Made by a program: the position numbers and the translations under genes. Positions 24,517 to 39,500 of a stretch of 64,000 bases of DNA are shown piece after piece; positions within the stretch are counted from its first letter, which is position 1, and each line of letters opens with the position of its first letter. Where the stretch lies: positions 37,423,626-37,487,625 of the forward strand of contig CM074516.1 in the NCBI GenBank assembly GCA_037379345.1. Reading direction: 5' to 3'. The DNA is from Perna viridis (lineage: Eukaryota). The notes below the pieces were generated by a model. It did not search any database. It was given only the letters and a program-made list of their open reading frames with translations, and was not told where the DNA came from.

Positions 24517-27500
24517 CTGAAACAAAGAAAAAACTTTAATAGAGTGGGAATCAAAATATGACAATTTATATACCTGTCCATTTGTTCACTTAAGTACGAG
24601 ACAACTTGTGACAGTAAAAAATTACAACTACATTATATCAACATGTCCAAACTAGTTTAATTGTTCTTACTGCCTGATATTTAGTTAGCTGGAATGCACT
24701 ACATAATTTATCTTGTCATTTTTATTTCTTACATAACCATTCAAAATGTATCTCTGTTTACTGTGCTACTAGTATATCAGCACTAGCATTTTAACCAGAA
24801 TTGTTTTCTAGGAATTTTTCATGCATTCATTCGATATGAAAGTTCTGCAAATTATTTTAGGTGTCGTCTGAGGGCTAAGTGAGCGACTCCAGGGCGACTA
24901 TTTCGCCCGAATCACCCAGTAGTGGAGTCCTGTACTACATGCCTGACTCATACATGGACTTATACTTAATGAACGTATTAATTTGTTCAAGTCTCTCTTG
25001 TTTATTTTAATGTTATTGATATAATACTATTTACCTGAGATGGGTTGTTCACATCTACAGCATTTCTTTGCAAAAAGATTTCCATAGCATTCAGCACAGT
25101 ATGGTTTATCTTCCTTTGAAGTAAATTTCTCTTTGGCTAACTCCTTGCTACAACTAGTACAAGTGAAACATTCTCTATGCCAGGGCATGTTCTTGTACGC
25201 CACACCTCCTTTGTTAATCACCTGTAATATGGAAAATGGGTTATTTAGAATTTGTAAACTTCTTATAAATGTCTAACAGGAATGTAAAATATTTTCTTTT
25301 ATTAATTACATTGAAACCTGTTTAAACTAAAAGCACAATAAACAATTATAAACAAGTAAATATTTCAGTCCTTTCCAATTTCAATACATATAGAACTGAT
25401 ATAAACCTAACAAATCCTTCTGCCCAAATGGGCCTCATTTAGACAGGTTTTACTGTGTGCATGATCAATTATGTGTAAGTAAATATTTTCTATACTGTAT
25501 ACATGTATTTTAAATACTTTGTCACTCTTCAGGATTTCATGGAATTTGAAATTTACTTATGAATTGGTTTATATCTGTTTTTCATATTTATACTAAACCC
25601 GAAATACACTCTGAAATTTAGACCATGTTTATTCATTGGACTATTTTTACTTCAGCTTTTGTATTATAAGTTTGAGAGTACGATCAGTGGTCACTTGTAG
25701 GAATGGTAGGTAATTATGACAAAAATTAAAACATATGACCTCCAGTAAAATGAGTCCTATTTCATTCAAGATAACTTACTCCATTACACTTAGTACACTT
25801 CTGGGCGAATTGATCTTCATAACAGGGTACACAGACAACTTCGTTATCACGTGGGATAAAACTCTTGGTTCTGATTGGCTCCTTACAAATCATACAGCAG
25901 AAACAGTCCTCATGCCATTGTTTGCCCTTGTACTCAAACTTTTTCATGCCTGCAAACATAGAATATAATAGATTAACAAATAACCATGATCAAGGGGACA
26001 TAACTCTAATTTAAACAAAACAATGACACAAACTCAGGAAGAAAACAAATTCTAAAAGGATTTCTATTCTACTTAAGGATAAAATATCCTAGCAGTCACA
26101 GGTTTCAAGAAATTTTCTGAAATGATCACACAAGGAGAAAATGTAGGGGTAAAAAGCAAAATTTTGGAAAATGCAAACTGCAAGGTGTCTTCCTATGTGC
26201 AGTGTATGATGATGAACATAGGTAAACTATAACAAAAGGGAGTGGGTTGCTAACTAACCAAATGCCTCATTTAGTGATGAAACTAAGTGCTTTCACAACA
26301 TTTCAATGCTTCCAAGAACATAAGCCAGCTGCAACCCATAAGAACAGAGGACCCTTAAATTCATTATAGATCAGATGCCATGAATAGAAATCATTGAATA
26401 TTGAGACCCTAACGTTAGAGAAGACCAAAATTGGTAAAATGAAAATTATGAATCTGATATACTTCAGGTTTTTAAAAATACTGCAAGATGGTGGATAAGG
26501 GGTTTCTGGTACATGAACTCCTGTAATATCATGGAACATATGAAAAGATAACCCAAGCAATAATTGGGGGTATGAACTGATGTTTACTTGATATTATATA
26601 ATTTACAATCTTATGAAAAATCTGAAAAAGTACTTAATCTTCAATATGCAATACAAAGAACCCCCTTTTTTATCAGACTATTTCATAAAAGTTCTTAAAG
26701 CTCATAATAAAAAGCTTTAAAATTCTAAGAGACATCCAGGCATATTGTACAGAATATTGCATTGTAAACATGAAGATGCCAAAATAAAGAGGGTATCTTT
26801 AAAGGGAGCTGCACAATAGGAAACACCAATAGACTTCAATAGGAATAAAGCCTTGGTAATAATTCTATGGGATTTACATGCTGATCAGGGTTAAAAATGA
26901 CAAGACTCAATTTATCATTACCAAAATGAGGTGTGAAAAACTGAAGCAAATTGTTCAACTATAAAGGGAGGTCATGGTGAAAATGTGTGTAGTTAGAAAA
27001 ACCTCCATGTTTAGAAGGCTGTGGGATGCATCAATGCAAGATCATCATCTCATGTATGTGGCTACCTAAAAGCTAACTTAGGCATAAAAGTATAGTAAGC
27101 ACCTATATCAAAACTAACACTTGAACAACCATTATTACATGACTATTGTAACAATGTATATAATCTTTATGACTATATCATGCTCTAAGGACAACATCTT
27201 TTGACCTATATTTACACCTTACATAGATGTACTTTACATTTTAATCTAGTCTACTGTTTAAACTTCTAATTCAAGTGAAATAAAAAGAACAATTATCACA
27301 AAATTGTATTTCTAAGAATATTGAATACACTGAAATCAAACCTGAAATCGAGTTTGTATTCGCTCATCATAAGATATCAGAAAACTTAAAGAGTTATCTC
27401 CCTTAAAAAAATTCACCCCCACTGCTACAATTTTTTTTTTCAAGATTGAAAAGTTTCCTGTAATGGTCAATTTACATAGAAACAAGTAAATCAGTCATAA

Positions 27501-30500
27501 ACTTTCTCAAGTAAAACAAACAATTTCACCCAAGAAAAGTTTGATATTAAAACAATTCACTCCTAATAATTTTAGAAGGACTGATACTCATTACATACCA
27601 AGAAAAGAATTAAACAAAAACATGGCATTTTATTCCCCAGAATGTCTGATGACTCAATAATTCCAATTTGTTCAGCTGTCAGTTTAGACAATAAATCTAT
27701 AGATTTGAAAAATGAGAGATCACACGCCTGAACCCATACATGTTATATGAGAAAATCAAGAACAAACTAATAATATATCACTATAATGTGAACACACCAA
27801 AATAGTTAGCCAGACCCAGAAAGTTACAGAATGAGTGTGATAAAAGGTGAAACAAAGCAAGTTATATATGTTTTTGAAATATGCAATTATATAAGGCTCA
27901 CCTAAAACACATTTAACAAGTACATTTAGAATGTATTGCTCTTAAAGAGGAAAATCATATATTCAATTATCAATCATTAAGTTTCTTTCTTTTTAAATCA
28001 CAACTATGTATATGTTTATCTGATTATTCATCAGGGTTTTTTCCATATTTTTTTGTATTTTGATTATAATTCTTTATTTCCTCAAAGAAACTCATAAGAC
28101 AGACACCAAGTGACAGCAAATAGTGTTACCATATCCTCAAGTCCAGTAACCGAAAGAAAATAAAAAAAAATACATGATGCTGATCACCAATGCTGTAAAA
28201 CTGAAGCCACATTGAGCGGCATGCTATAGACTGACCTTCTTGTCCTAACCTCTCATCTCCTGTGTAGGCACGAAAAATATAGTTAGCACTGTAGCTTTAT
28301 ACATTTACAGTTAAACCTTTGCTCAAGATTTCAATATTGGTACATAGTGTATTGGAGTTTTATTATTTATTTTGTCAGTAAATGAAGTCATAGATTCATT
28401 AAAAAAAAAACATCTTTAGAGCTAAAAACCAATCAAAAAGAGATTCAAATAAAAATTCAATAATTAAGTTATAAATGATTCATCATTTCTGGGTTTTACT
28501 GTAAATGGGATAGAATAGTTACCAAGCAACAACAAAACACTGTCTAAACTTAGCAACTGAATTAAACCTAAATAAGTATTGCTAGGCCAATTCAAGTTAG
28601 TGTTTCGATTCACATCCCTGCCTTCCCATTTACAATCATATATGTTTAATATTCAATCTTTTTTAACTTAAAACTTTTTTTTTCATTAAAAGATACAAGA
28701 ATAAAACCCTATGTTCAACCACTAATTATTTAGAAAGGGGACAGGAATCTAACAATTAACATGAAGTGGCCTTAAATAGGGAAGTTAAACACAACCTAAA
28801 ATAAATATTAAAATGCATAAAAAAAGACACCAAATGAAGGCTAATAAATGGTAATATAATGTATCTGAACATGTAATGGTATCCATGGTATGATACAAAA
28901 AGAACTTTTATTCACTGGTATCATTTCTTTTCAGTAATATGTAGTTGGTTAGTCATTTTTTCAGGTAAATCTGAAGGGTGTTTTGTGGAAGAAGAAAAAA
29001 CAGAAATCTTATTTCAGTTTTAAATTAATATAAGCTCTGGAAATAAATGTTTAGAAAGCATTATGAAGGGAAGATAACTCTTCATTTGTAATAGAAAGTA
29101 TAAGTATTTAAACATAAATATTTAAACATAGACATCTGTCTTGTTCTAATTCATTTTCAAAATCTGACTACATTTTTAACAGAACTATGAAAGGGATAAA
29201 ACAGGAACATAAAGAGTCAAGGATATAATTTTTTTTCTGTGAATCACTAATGTTAAGGGATATGCCTGGTTTTTAGAAATAGCTGTCCGTTTTGTTCATT
29301 TAAACTTTAATGGTCTAGTGTCTAATCTCTTAAGGTACAAATAGCTCTAAAATCCATCTGGAGTTTCTCTATATGGTCAAAAGCTCCCAAAATCAAAAAC
29401 ATCATGGGAAATATGCGCCCACTAAAACCTTTTCAGTTTTTTATAAGCAAACAATGGAATTCTTCTTGAACACATTTAACAATATAAATAAGTCATTTAT
29501 CTTCACTGGTAGAATTATTTACACAGGGACAAAAATATCCAGATGATACATTAGAAAATAAATAGTGAGCAAAGAAAATAAAATGTCAAGAATTAAAACA
29601 ATCTTTAATTTTGCTGAAACAAAAATCTCATTTATTACTAACTATAAAATGCTGCAACATAGAAATCAAAGATTTATTAGTCATCTGTTTGCCTTAGAAA
29701 CAATAAAGAGTAAAGAATTATGTAATGTTATGTCAGAAGTGATACTCATTACAGAAATTTTATCAGAAGTTGCTTTTCTGGACTCGGGTTAAGGGTATTG
29801 CTGAGATCAGCATTATGTTTGCAATATAGAGTAATCCAGTAAAGCAATAATGTCACTAAGTGAAGATGACCTATAAACATGTCTACCTCTAATTCTGGTG
29901 TATGTTGGTTTTATTTGCACTTATTGCTATACATGACTAGAACTTAAAGTTTCTATATAGATTTCAGATATGCTATTCTAGCAGACTGCAATTAAATTGT
30001 TGAATGAGCACAGTCTAAGTTCTTATTTTGTTTCATTTGGCATACTTTGTTGACACATTTTTGGATATTATCCCATAATTATACAGGATTAAATACACTG
30101 TGGTTATCAAAGAAAACTCCTCAGATAAAACAGTCAGTGTGAATCAAAATATCAACAAAGCTAATACTGTGAATGTGTTATTGTTGGTGGGACACCACTT
30201 TTTGTGTTTTTTTTGTGGGTTCCACACTAAGCAATTCTCCTAAGCTAATCTAAGGAAAAAAATTCCCAACAGATGTGAAGATAGGGCAAATCTAACAGAG
30301 TTAAGAAAACAAGGCTATTGTTTGCTGAAATCGTAGAACTCTCTCATGATAGATCATTCTACATTGTTTTGTGTATTTAAGAAGCAGACATGTCAATCTC
30401 AACACAGCATCAATACACAAACAGGTTTTAGAAATTAATTTCACTAATAATTTGGTTCCAGCCTCCTTTAATTCTATAATATAAATACATATAATGTGGA

Positions 30501-33500
30501 TTTCATATCTTTCACAATATCATAGGAATAAACTTACAAGTGTAAGACAATTATTCAAAATTGAGACATAATGTCAATACAATAAACTTGTTCTTGGGGA
30601 AAACAACATAGAAAGAGCAATACATGTATCAGTAACCCCCAGACTGAATGGTATATCTCTACAGCATTGTAAAGAAATGATTCAATCAAGGACCAAAATA
30701 GATAAACAATAGAGATAACAGTAATAGTTCTTTTGGAAGTATCTGCAAGCTTTTGGTCTGGTTAAATGGCAAGTCTTCAAACATGGAGAAGTCTGTTGGT
30801 TAGAATTACTCATTTGAAAACAGTTATATAGGGTCCTTAAACAATTTTAAATAAAGGTCTTTTAGAATAAGCACACTGTCAATCAGGTATTCACAATCCT
30901 TAATTGTGAACAAAAGGTGTAAAGGAAAATAAATTATGAAAAAGAATTTTTTTTTTCAATTCAGTAAAATAAAAAAAAAGAAACAACAGTGAAGTCCCAT
31001 CAGTCAATGTATTCAATCACTCAATATCAATTGAAAAATTTTACATGAAAGAGTTACATTCCCTTACATGTTAATTTGCAGTAAATAACTCAATTTACTG
31101 AAATGATAACTTACACTGTAAAGAGATAGGTTAATTCATAACATGTTACCCCCACTGCCTGGTTTTTAGGGAGTCTGACACTAAGTGCTACATGGCATGA
31201 TGGTTAAAACAAGTCATCAGCCTCTAATGAATTCAATGAAGTTGGCATTTGTTTCAAAGACAAACTAAAAAGTGTGTACCAAACAGAATATGATGGATTT
31301 ATCAAATAATTGATAATATATCAAGATGTCACTGTTGATTATTATATCATAGTATTTTGCACACGACACTTAGATCAGTAAGGCTCATGCTGATCCTTAT
31401 TTGCTTTGCACCAAACACATTTGGCTTTGGACTGTATTTCACTTTTTGCACACGACACCTGAAAGTTCTGATGCACAAGCTCCAGACCAGAAAGTGCACC
31501 AGGAAGATTATGGAAGATTATTGCCTGTTATAATTAGAAATGACAAAGAAACTATCTCATCTGTAATTAATTACTGTTTGTTGGGTATTTATCACTGCAA
31601 AGACATTATGTATGATGATGTAAAATAAAGGGGCAGACAACCACTGCAATGACAGAGGTCAGAAATAAGGTACAGCTTGCGTTCAGAAAATTCTGTTACC
31701 TACATGAAGTTACAGACAGTAGTATCTTTGGTATTGTGTTTATTGATGACTTCCATCCACACTCTGGATAATGATATCAATTAATGTAATTAATCTGCAT
31801 GTAACTGGCTCATTATTACTTTCATTGCTTTGGTGTTACATAAAAAAGTATGCAACCATATGCAATTCCAATATTACTAATAAGACCGTAATCATACAAA
31901 ATATCTAGAAATACAATGTTTTATGAAGGACAAGATAAGTAGACCAGTCTACAGTGTGTGTCATAGAATGGTTAATATAATCAGACACTAGATTATAAGT
32001 GTTTTTTTTTTAAATGACAGACCAAAACAGAAAAAGTCTACAGAATTATTTAAAATAAAAAAAAACTTAATTAATTGAAATAAAAGACAAGATTGAAGCC
32101 TAATCAACAGTTATCTACCTTAGTTTTTAAACGATGAACTAAATACACATCTAAAATGTAATCAAAATCAGAACTAAGATGAGGAACAATTAACATTTGG
32201 GAGAAACATAATTATCTGGCTGATCTGTTTCATTGATGAGAAGCACCAAGATTCTAGTAAAACAGATGGCTAAATGCTTTGGTTACCTGACAAAAAACAA
32301 CATCATTAATAAATGAAAACATTACTATTATATGATGTAGAGAGAAATAGAATGTCTGCTGAGCCTTTTGATCTAGGAAGAATATGACCTTCAGAAAAGT
32401 ACAAACAAACAAAATCTATCTATGACCAAATTGGTAGTTCTACGTCAGTTGACGTCAAAGAAAGCCTTGGTAGGTTTACAGCAAAACAGAACTTTGCACA
32501 CGGCACTACTGCAACTTGTGTATAAATATAATTCATATTTGTTAATTAACAAGATGACAGAGAATGGTAATGAACAATTTGAGAAGACAAAGATCTTCCG
32601 CCTACTGTGGATACCTAACAAAGTAACAAGCTCAATTCACAAGGAATAATGTTTTCTTAACATTTGTTCTGGCACAAACTTACATTAGAAATATGCAACT
32701 TAATGAGTCATACTGAAGAAATTGTTACAGACATTTTGCAACAGAAATTGTCTAATTAATGCCAAATTTTATAATTTGTTACACAGAGAAAGTCAGCAAT
32801 TATTTTATACATGCACTAAAGAAACATGTTTAGTAAAATGATGTATAATTCAACACCAACATCTTCAAAAGATAGACAAGATCCTCAATTAACAGAAACA
32901 AAGATGATGAGACATAATTATTATAATTGGCTTTCATTTTCCTTTCTGAAAGTGTAAAATTTAGTTTAAATGCAAAACTCATACTACAGAGCAGTGTAAA
33001 ATTTTCTAAGATTATAGTTTTAGCAATATAAAGAAAGGTAGACCAAAGAACTGGTGTATACTGGTAATTGTTCTTCATCCTGACAAGTCCTGAAAGAAAA
33101 CTGCAAAACATAGTATTTAGTCGGTCAAATATGAAAAAAAAAGCAATACAATTTAAACTAAATTTACATCCAACTAAAGAATCTTCTTAATTCAAATGAT
33201 AGTTACCTCCCCTGAAAGGCTCTCCACATCCATCACATCTAGCAGCAAACTTGTTATCATGGCAGTCGGAACAGAAAATCTGGTCATTCTTAGGAGCAAA
33301 GGCTTGATCAACTAAAGACTTCTGGCACTCACAACATTTAAAGCAGAATTCATGCCAATGACGATCTTTGTACGACAAATCCTGAAATAAAAATGTATAT
33401 TGTGAATGTGATGCACTAATACTGGTATGAACTCAAGAAGTGGATAAAAGTACACATATAAAAAAAATACTTCATTACAAATAATTTGGATATCAGTAGG

Positions 33501-36500
33501 TATGTACAACAGTACTATTTGAACTGTGAATGTTTTTGTCACTTTGTCAAAAGCCATCAATGGCCACCAACCACAAAAAAAGAGTTCGACAAAAGCCATT
33601 TTAGTAGGAGACCATAATAGGATTATAACATGCTAAAAATTAGTCAGAATTATGAGTATATTAAGTAGGACTCCAGATAAGAATCATGTAAAATGTGATA
33701 CATGGTTGGAAAGCCTACATATTTTTATTTTTGATATTTTGTTTAAAATGCTTCGGTAAACAGAAATTAACATTTGGTTTTTCGTACAACCCATGCTCAT
33801 AGGAGATAAAAAATTGTATAGAATGCACTGTAGAATTCAAAATTAAGGGACATAACTCTGTAAATGACAATCAAATACAATAGAATCTACTGGATTTTTA
33901 ATGTTGATTATCTCTTAAGAGCAGGTAGATTTGAATGAATAATTACATATTTCATAATATAGACCCATAAAACAACTTAATTACAAAAATAAAATATGTA
34001 GCCTTTTTTGGGGTGTATCACATTTTTCAGATTTTGCATGATTCTTACAGACAGCTACTTAACAAGACTGACTACTTGAACACTAAATGAAATACTAGAA
34101 TAAAAAGTTCATCTGTAAATGTATGAACAAATAACATTCATAGCCTGTGAAACATAAAAACCATGAAATATTTACACCCAACAAAACATTAAAACCACCT
34201 AACATTTACAGCAGAGTACCATCAAAAAAAACATATTGCCAAATTGAAATATCGTGTGTATAGAAAGTGCTTCCTCAGCTGAAGGTAGATAATTGGAGCT
34301 AGACCAAGTATTCTCATGTACATCTAAAAATTAGGATGTAATTCCTACAAGGAATGAAAATTCACAGACAGGTGATGAAATTAATTTGTACAACTGTATT
34401 ATATCCTCAGTAAGCCATAACTAAAACAATATTGTTTAGAAAATCAACAAAGTGACGTCTAGAAGAATTTCTACAGAATGCTAGGTGTGGGAACAATTGA
34501 TGATTATCAACTACTTTTTATTCAATGTTACTGCATTTTATGCATTCTGTTAAAATAATTGTCTATAGAATATTTTTAATGTGTTTAAAAACAAGTAACA
34601 GAGACATAAAATTGTTGTGATAGGTATACAAATTTACTGCAACTAATTATCAAGAGTGAAAAATAGGAGTCACACCAAGAGGAATCAGACAGTGACCAAA
34701 ACTGCTTTAATATGTATATACTGTACAAAGTTTGAATATACTGGTTCAATACTTATTAAGTTATATATTACACAACATAATTACCATCCACAACATAAAG
34801 TGGCCAAAAAAAAACCACGTTACTACATGAAAGTATCAAACATCAATGGGAATTGGGAATAACAAAATCCACAAAAAATGGTTAAATATGGGAGAAATAT
34901 TTACACAATATGATTTAGTTTACAATTAAGTTACATCATATTAGCAGTTGTATACTGAAACATATGTAAATATAATACACCTTAAGTAAGCCACAAAAAT
35001 GTTTTATGTAACATCCTCAATATGTGTCTTACGAGAGATGAGAGAGATGGGTGACTACTGTAACAAATGGAATGAGTAATGAATCAATATGCAAGGTTTA
35101 AGTGCACATGACGATTTTTGAATTTTACATTGTGTACAAAGTAAACTCATGACATAATCAAAGACCTGAAATGATGTCACATAGTAAATAATGTTGACTT
35201 AATCATATTTGTGGTACTTAGCTTCAAACACAGAATTATGTTCAAACAATATGGATGAAAATTTTGAATCCTTGAATTGTACCATTCTACAAAAGAATAA
35301 CCAATGGACATCCAATGGGAATTTAGGTGTTCAGAGAAAATAACTCAAGATGATATATTCTAGTTAGATAAAATATTAATAAGAAATAGATTCTAACCCA
35401 AAATTTAATTTACACATGAAGCAGTAGTTCTTTTTTTCAAAACATATGTTAGGCTTTTAGACAAACAAGCATCCTTTTAAGATGGTGTATGGATAAATGT
35501 AACACTGTATGCTGCAAAAAACAGAAACTCTTAATTCTTTTATACATAACTTGCTTTATTTTGTGGGTTCATGATTATAAAGAGGAACATACTTCAAATC
35601 CAATAGAATCCATATAAGACTGTCATGCATTCACAGTGTATAAGATATAAGCATTATCTTGATATTGATCAGCAGAGAAATAAGGAAGCGTGTCCCCAAG
35701 GCCCTGGTAACCCTTACAGTGACCATTGTAATATCTGATTCTTCACAGGAAACTAAACTAAGAAGTGATAATTCTACCAAATGAAAGGTAACTGCTCCTT
35801 AACCTAATCCTTACCTAACATATTATCTAAAGTGATCTGAATCAGCAAAGAAAACATGAACACAACAATTGGCAGACCAAACAATTAACTTGGGCCAAGA
35901 AGTAAATAGTTCAAGATCAGGCAGATGTATCTAAATACTCAAAGACAATCTGGAAGCCAGCTGGCATTATCAGCTCATAAAACCATTAAAGAGCCGAGTC
36001 ATCATTAACAACAAATGATGTCATAATGAGGATGAGAGATAGATGTTTAGGGAGGTAATACATACATGATTGAAGGTGGAATGAGGAAATAACTGAACCA
36101 GCTGTTACAACTCCTATAAATGTCTCATGCTTCTAATTATATAATGAAAGTGTGAGAAAAGTATCAATTAGGCAACAGCCAATAGGACATGACAGAGGAA
36201 CTAAGTTGAATCATTCAGACTTAGTTTTGGCTTTGCCGGAGGTCTTAAAAACTCATTTTTTTCACTGACACTGAAAGCAGTGCTCATATTGACTAATGAG
36301 GAAATAATCTGATTGTCCTTTAAATTAGAAACATTCTATCTGCAATCCTGGCCGTGAAAGCACTAATCACTATGCACTAATGTGTAACACCTAATTTATT
36401 ATTTGTAGATTATCTTAAACCTAGTGCAAGGTTGTATCATTGTATCTGTATTGATTTAATTATACTAAGAAAGATCTGAGTAATACTCATGCAAGCTTCC

Positions 36501-39500
36501 ATAAGAAAACCTTAAGTTATATTATCTCCCCTTGTAATCATTCGATAACAATTATCTACCTTATTGCACATCTAAGTATGATGCACAACTTTCATCAAAA
36601 TCAACAGGACTGTTAAGAAGGAGTTTATGAGGTACAAGGATGGATATTTTGATTCCTATATTTAAGGCCTCCAAATTGTTTACAATTTTCCTGAGACCTT
36701 ATCTCAGGCCAGAGAATAACACACATCTATAAAGTTATTAATTAGGTCTCATCATGTTATGATGCTTCATAAACCCAATGGGAAGGAAGGAATTGTGATA
36801 AAATAGGAGATGTGCTATGTTTATAAATATATACCCACTTCATGTGACCATGGCAATAGAAGTGGACAATACAGACGTCCTTGACATTACACATTACAAT
36901 AAGCCAATCAAACAGAAAACCTGATTTAGTGATATGGGAAGGGTTGTCATTTAAGTTGGGAGATGCACCCTGTCTTGAAAGGGGCTACATATATACCTAC
37001 TAGACCAAAGCATTATCAGGTCCCTACCAACTAAAGTGTTATTGTCTAGATTTTACCAAATAAAAATACAGAAATATGAGAAGAGACTTTTTCTAACAAA
37101 AAGAGTCTATAAAATTTTCAACAAATATTGTATGGTGGGTTATTTTTGCAATTTTGAAGCAAAAGATATATGAAAAATTTTGCCAAGCCAAGAGAATATA
37201 GTTTGTGGAATTAATTTTGGCATTTTCTTTTGACAGACTGCAAAAGTATGCAAAAATAAGCACACCACAGAAATCACCCACTATAGAGTATTTGAGCTTG
37301 TCACTGGTACCAATGAAGTTTAAACACACTTTGTAAATGGTGGCCATCAAATACCATCACACCCCTGATGTGTTACCAACGAAAATATTATGATTACATT
37401 AATGGTAAATAATTCATGTCTACATTCAATAATAATTTGATTACCATATCTAAAATTCACAAGGAAACACAGAACAGACATTACAGCATTGACAGTAAGT
37501 CTCTTGACAAAACAGTTTAGAAAAGAATCAATAAAATGCCTGCTTTAGTATTACAGTTATTCAGATGATAAATGTCAAATTCTGAACTTTACAAATTATC
37601 CTACACGATGTACTCAATTACGAATTTCAGATCACCAAAATGATGATGAGAGACTGCAACAAACATGAAGAACTGGTAAATAAAAATATTGAGAAGCCCT
37701 TTCGTCTTAGAACTTCAAACTAGAGAAACTCTGAATGACTATAAATATATGTAATATATAAACAAAGGAAAGTTGGAGATACAAGTATGGTACTTGGGTT
37801 TGTAGACTTAAAGGTAGGAAATGATTGAAAGGCAAGAAATTCATTGAAAAACAAAATGGAATTTAAACTATAATGGGTAAGGCGGGTAGATAATTAAATT
37901 TTCCTTAATTTTAGCCAGTCTTTCTAAAAAGTCTTTATTTTCTGTTGAGCTTGTATTTCCCACTATGCCAGCATTTTCATAGTTAAACACAGGAACTTAG
38001 AAATATGTGCAATGTCTGTGAAAATGACCATTGGTCTAGAAGAGTAAATACCCTGGCACATAAATTGGACCAAACGTTTATTTCAGATAAGAAGACCTTG
38101 AGATAGACCATTGATACAATAAGTTGAAAGGTCTTAATAACAATGAACTCTAACTTAAGTATAGATATACCTTATAGTCTGGACCAATAGGCTTCTTGCA
38201 TTCTTCGCAGTTGTGTGCAAAAGTTTCTTGGTAGCAGGGAATACAATATGGCTGTTCCTCTTTCAGTATGTACCGACAGGCAACCAGTTTCTTGTCACAC
38301 TGGTGACAAGCAAGATGGTCTTTGTGGAAGTTCTGGTCCATGGCTTTTGTGTATTCCCCCGAAAATATAAGCTGGAAAAGAAGAAAAAATCTGATAAAGA
38401 ATGAGAAAAGTTATCATTAATGCACCAACACACCAACTTTGATGGGCAGTCTCAGGGATCATTGTCAGCAAGGACAAAATCATACATTCTAACCTATGCA
38501 ATATGAAATACAAGTATCTTACCGACAGTGCATCAAAATGGAACAAACACTTCAACAAATGCAACATGTGCAAATCCCATTCACAAAACACTAAATCCAA
38601 GATAGATCTCTGATATTGTCTTCTCCTTTTGTAAGCACTACCTAGTTGCATTGACCTTTAGATGTACACCACACCTATACCCTCCAACTGTACACAACAC
38701 CCTATGATGCAGTTCACTTGCATACTACATCTTTAACCCCTCCCCCTACTTGCATTTTTTACTCCCTTGTTGTAAACTTACAAAGCAGTTGTTAGATAGT
38801 TACTGCATACAGTTTCATTCACAACACGGAATAATCCTATACTGTGTCATTACTGAGTTATCAAAATTGATTCCATAAATGGAAACAGTGGTTAATATCC
38901 TCACCGTTGGTTTGTCTGAAACAAGTCCCGATATATATACAGTTAATCACAAGTTATGAGTTCTTTGCTTCATAATTAATTAGCCTAACTTGGGTAATTT
39001 CCTTAATTTTTCCAAAACAGAGTACATTCTTTCTCGTGTAAAATCAAATCTTCTAATTCCTGCTGGGTACATGCAACAATGCTTAAAATTCAAATAAATT
39101 TCAATTTATATGTGAATAATTTAACCCATTTCAGTTTAATTGATTCATAGCTTTTTGTGCCAGCTACTGTTCACATTCTGTTTACAGCATTGCTCAAAAG
39201 GATAAAGTTACAATTTCCATCCCCTTATCAAGATATAAAATAAGTTTTAATGATTAATACAAATTGATTATGCATGGTAGTAAAACAAATAGTGTAATTA
39301 GAGCCCACACAACAATGCCAACCATACTGAATAGAAATGTCAACTGACTTTTTAAAGATTTGACATTTTCACAAACAGGGTTATTTTCTAGATAAAGATA
39401 AGAGGAAAGGATTAGATTCTATAATTTTATTGATCTGGACATTTTTCTGATTAATCTACAAAAACCATCCATATTGGGATATGACCTATAAACAACAGCT

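Noticed and set aside
31440-31524. Alternative terminal exons (GNNLP*, GVVCKK*) after minus-strand AG sites
   Set aside because: Acceptor-like sites are common in this DNA and there is no supporting evidence; the region is better explained as an MRE cluster.
32554-32649. Metallothionein gene downstream of the CRE-MRE-TATA cluster
   Set aside because: The ORF (MTENGNEQFEK...) has no cysteines, and no Cys-rich plus-strand exons were seen.
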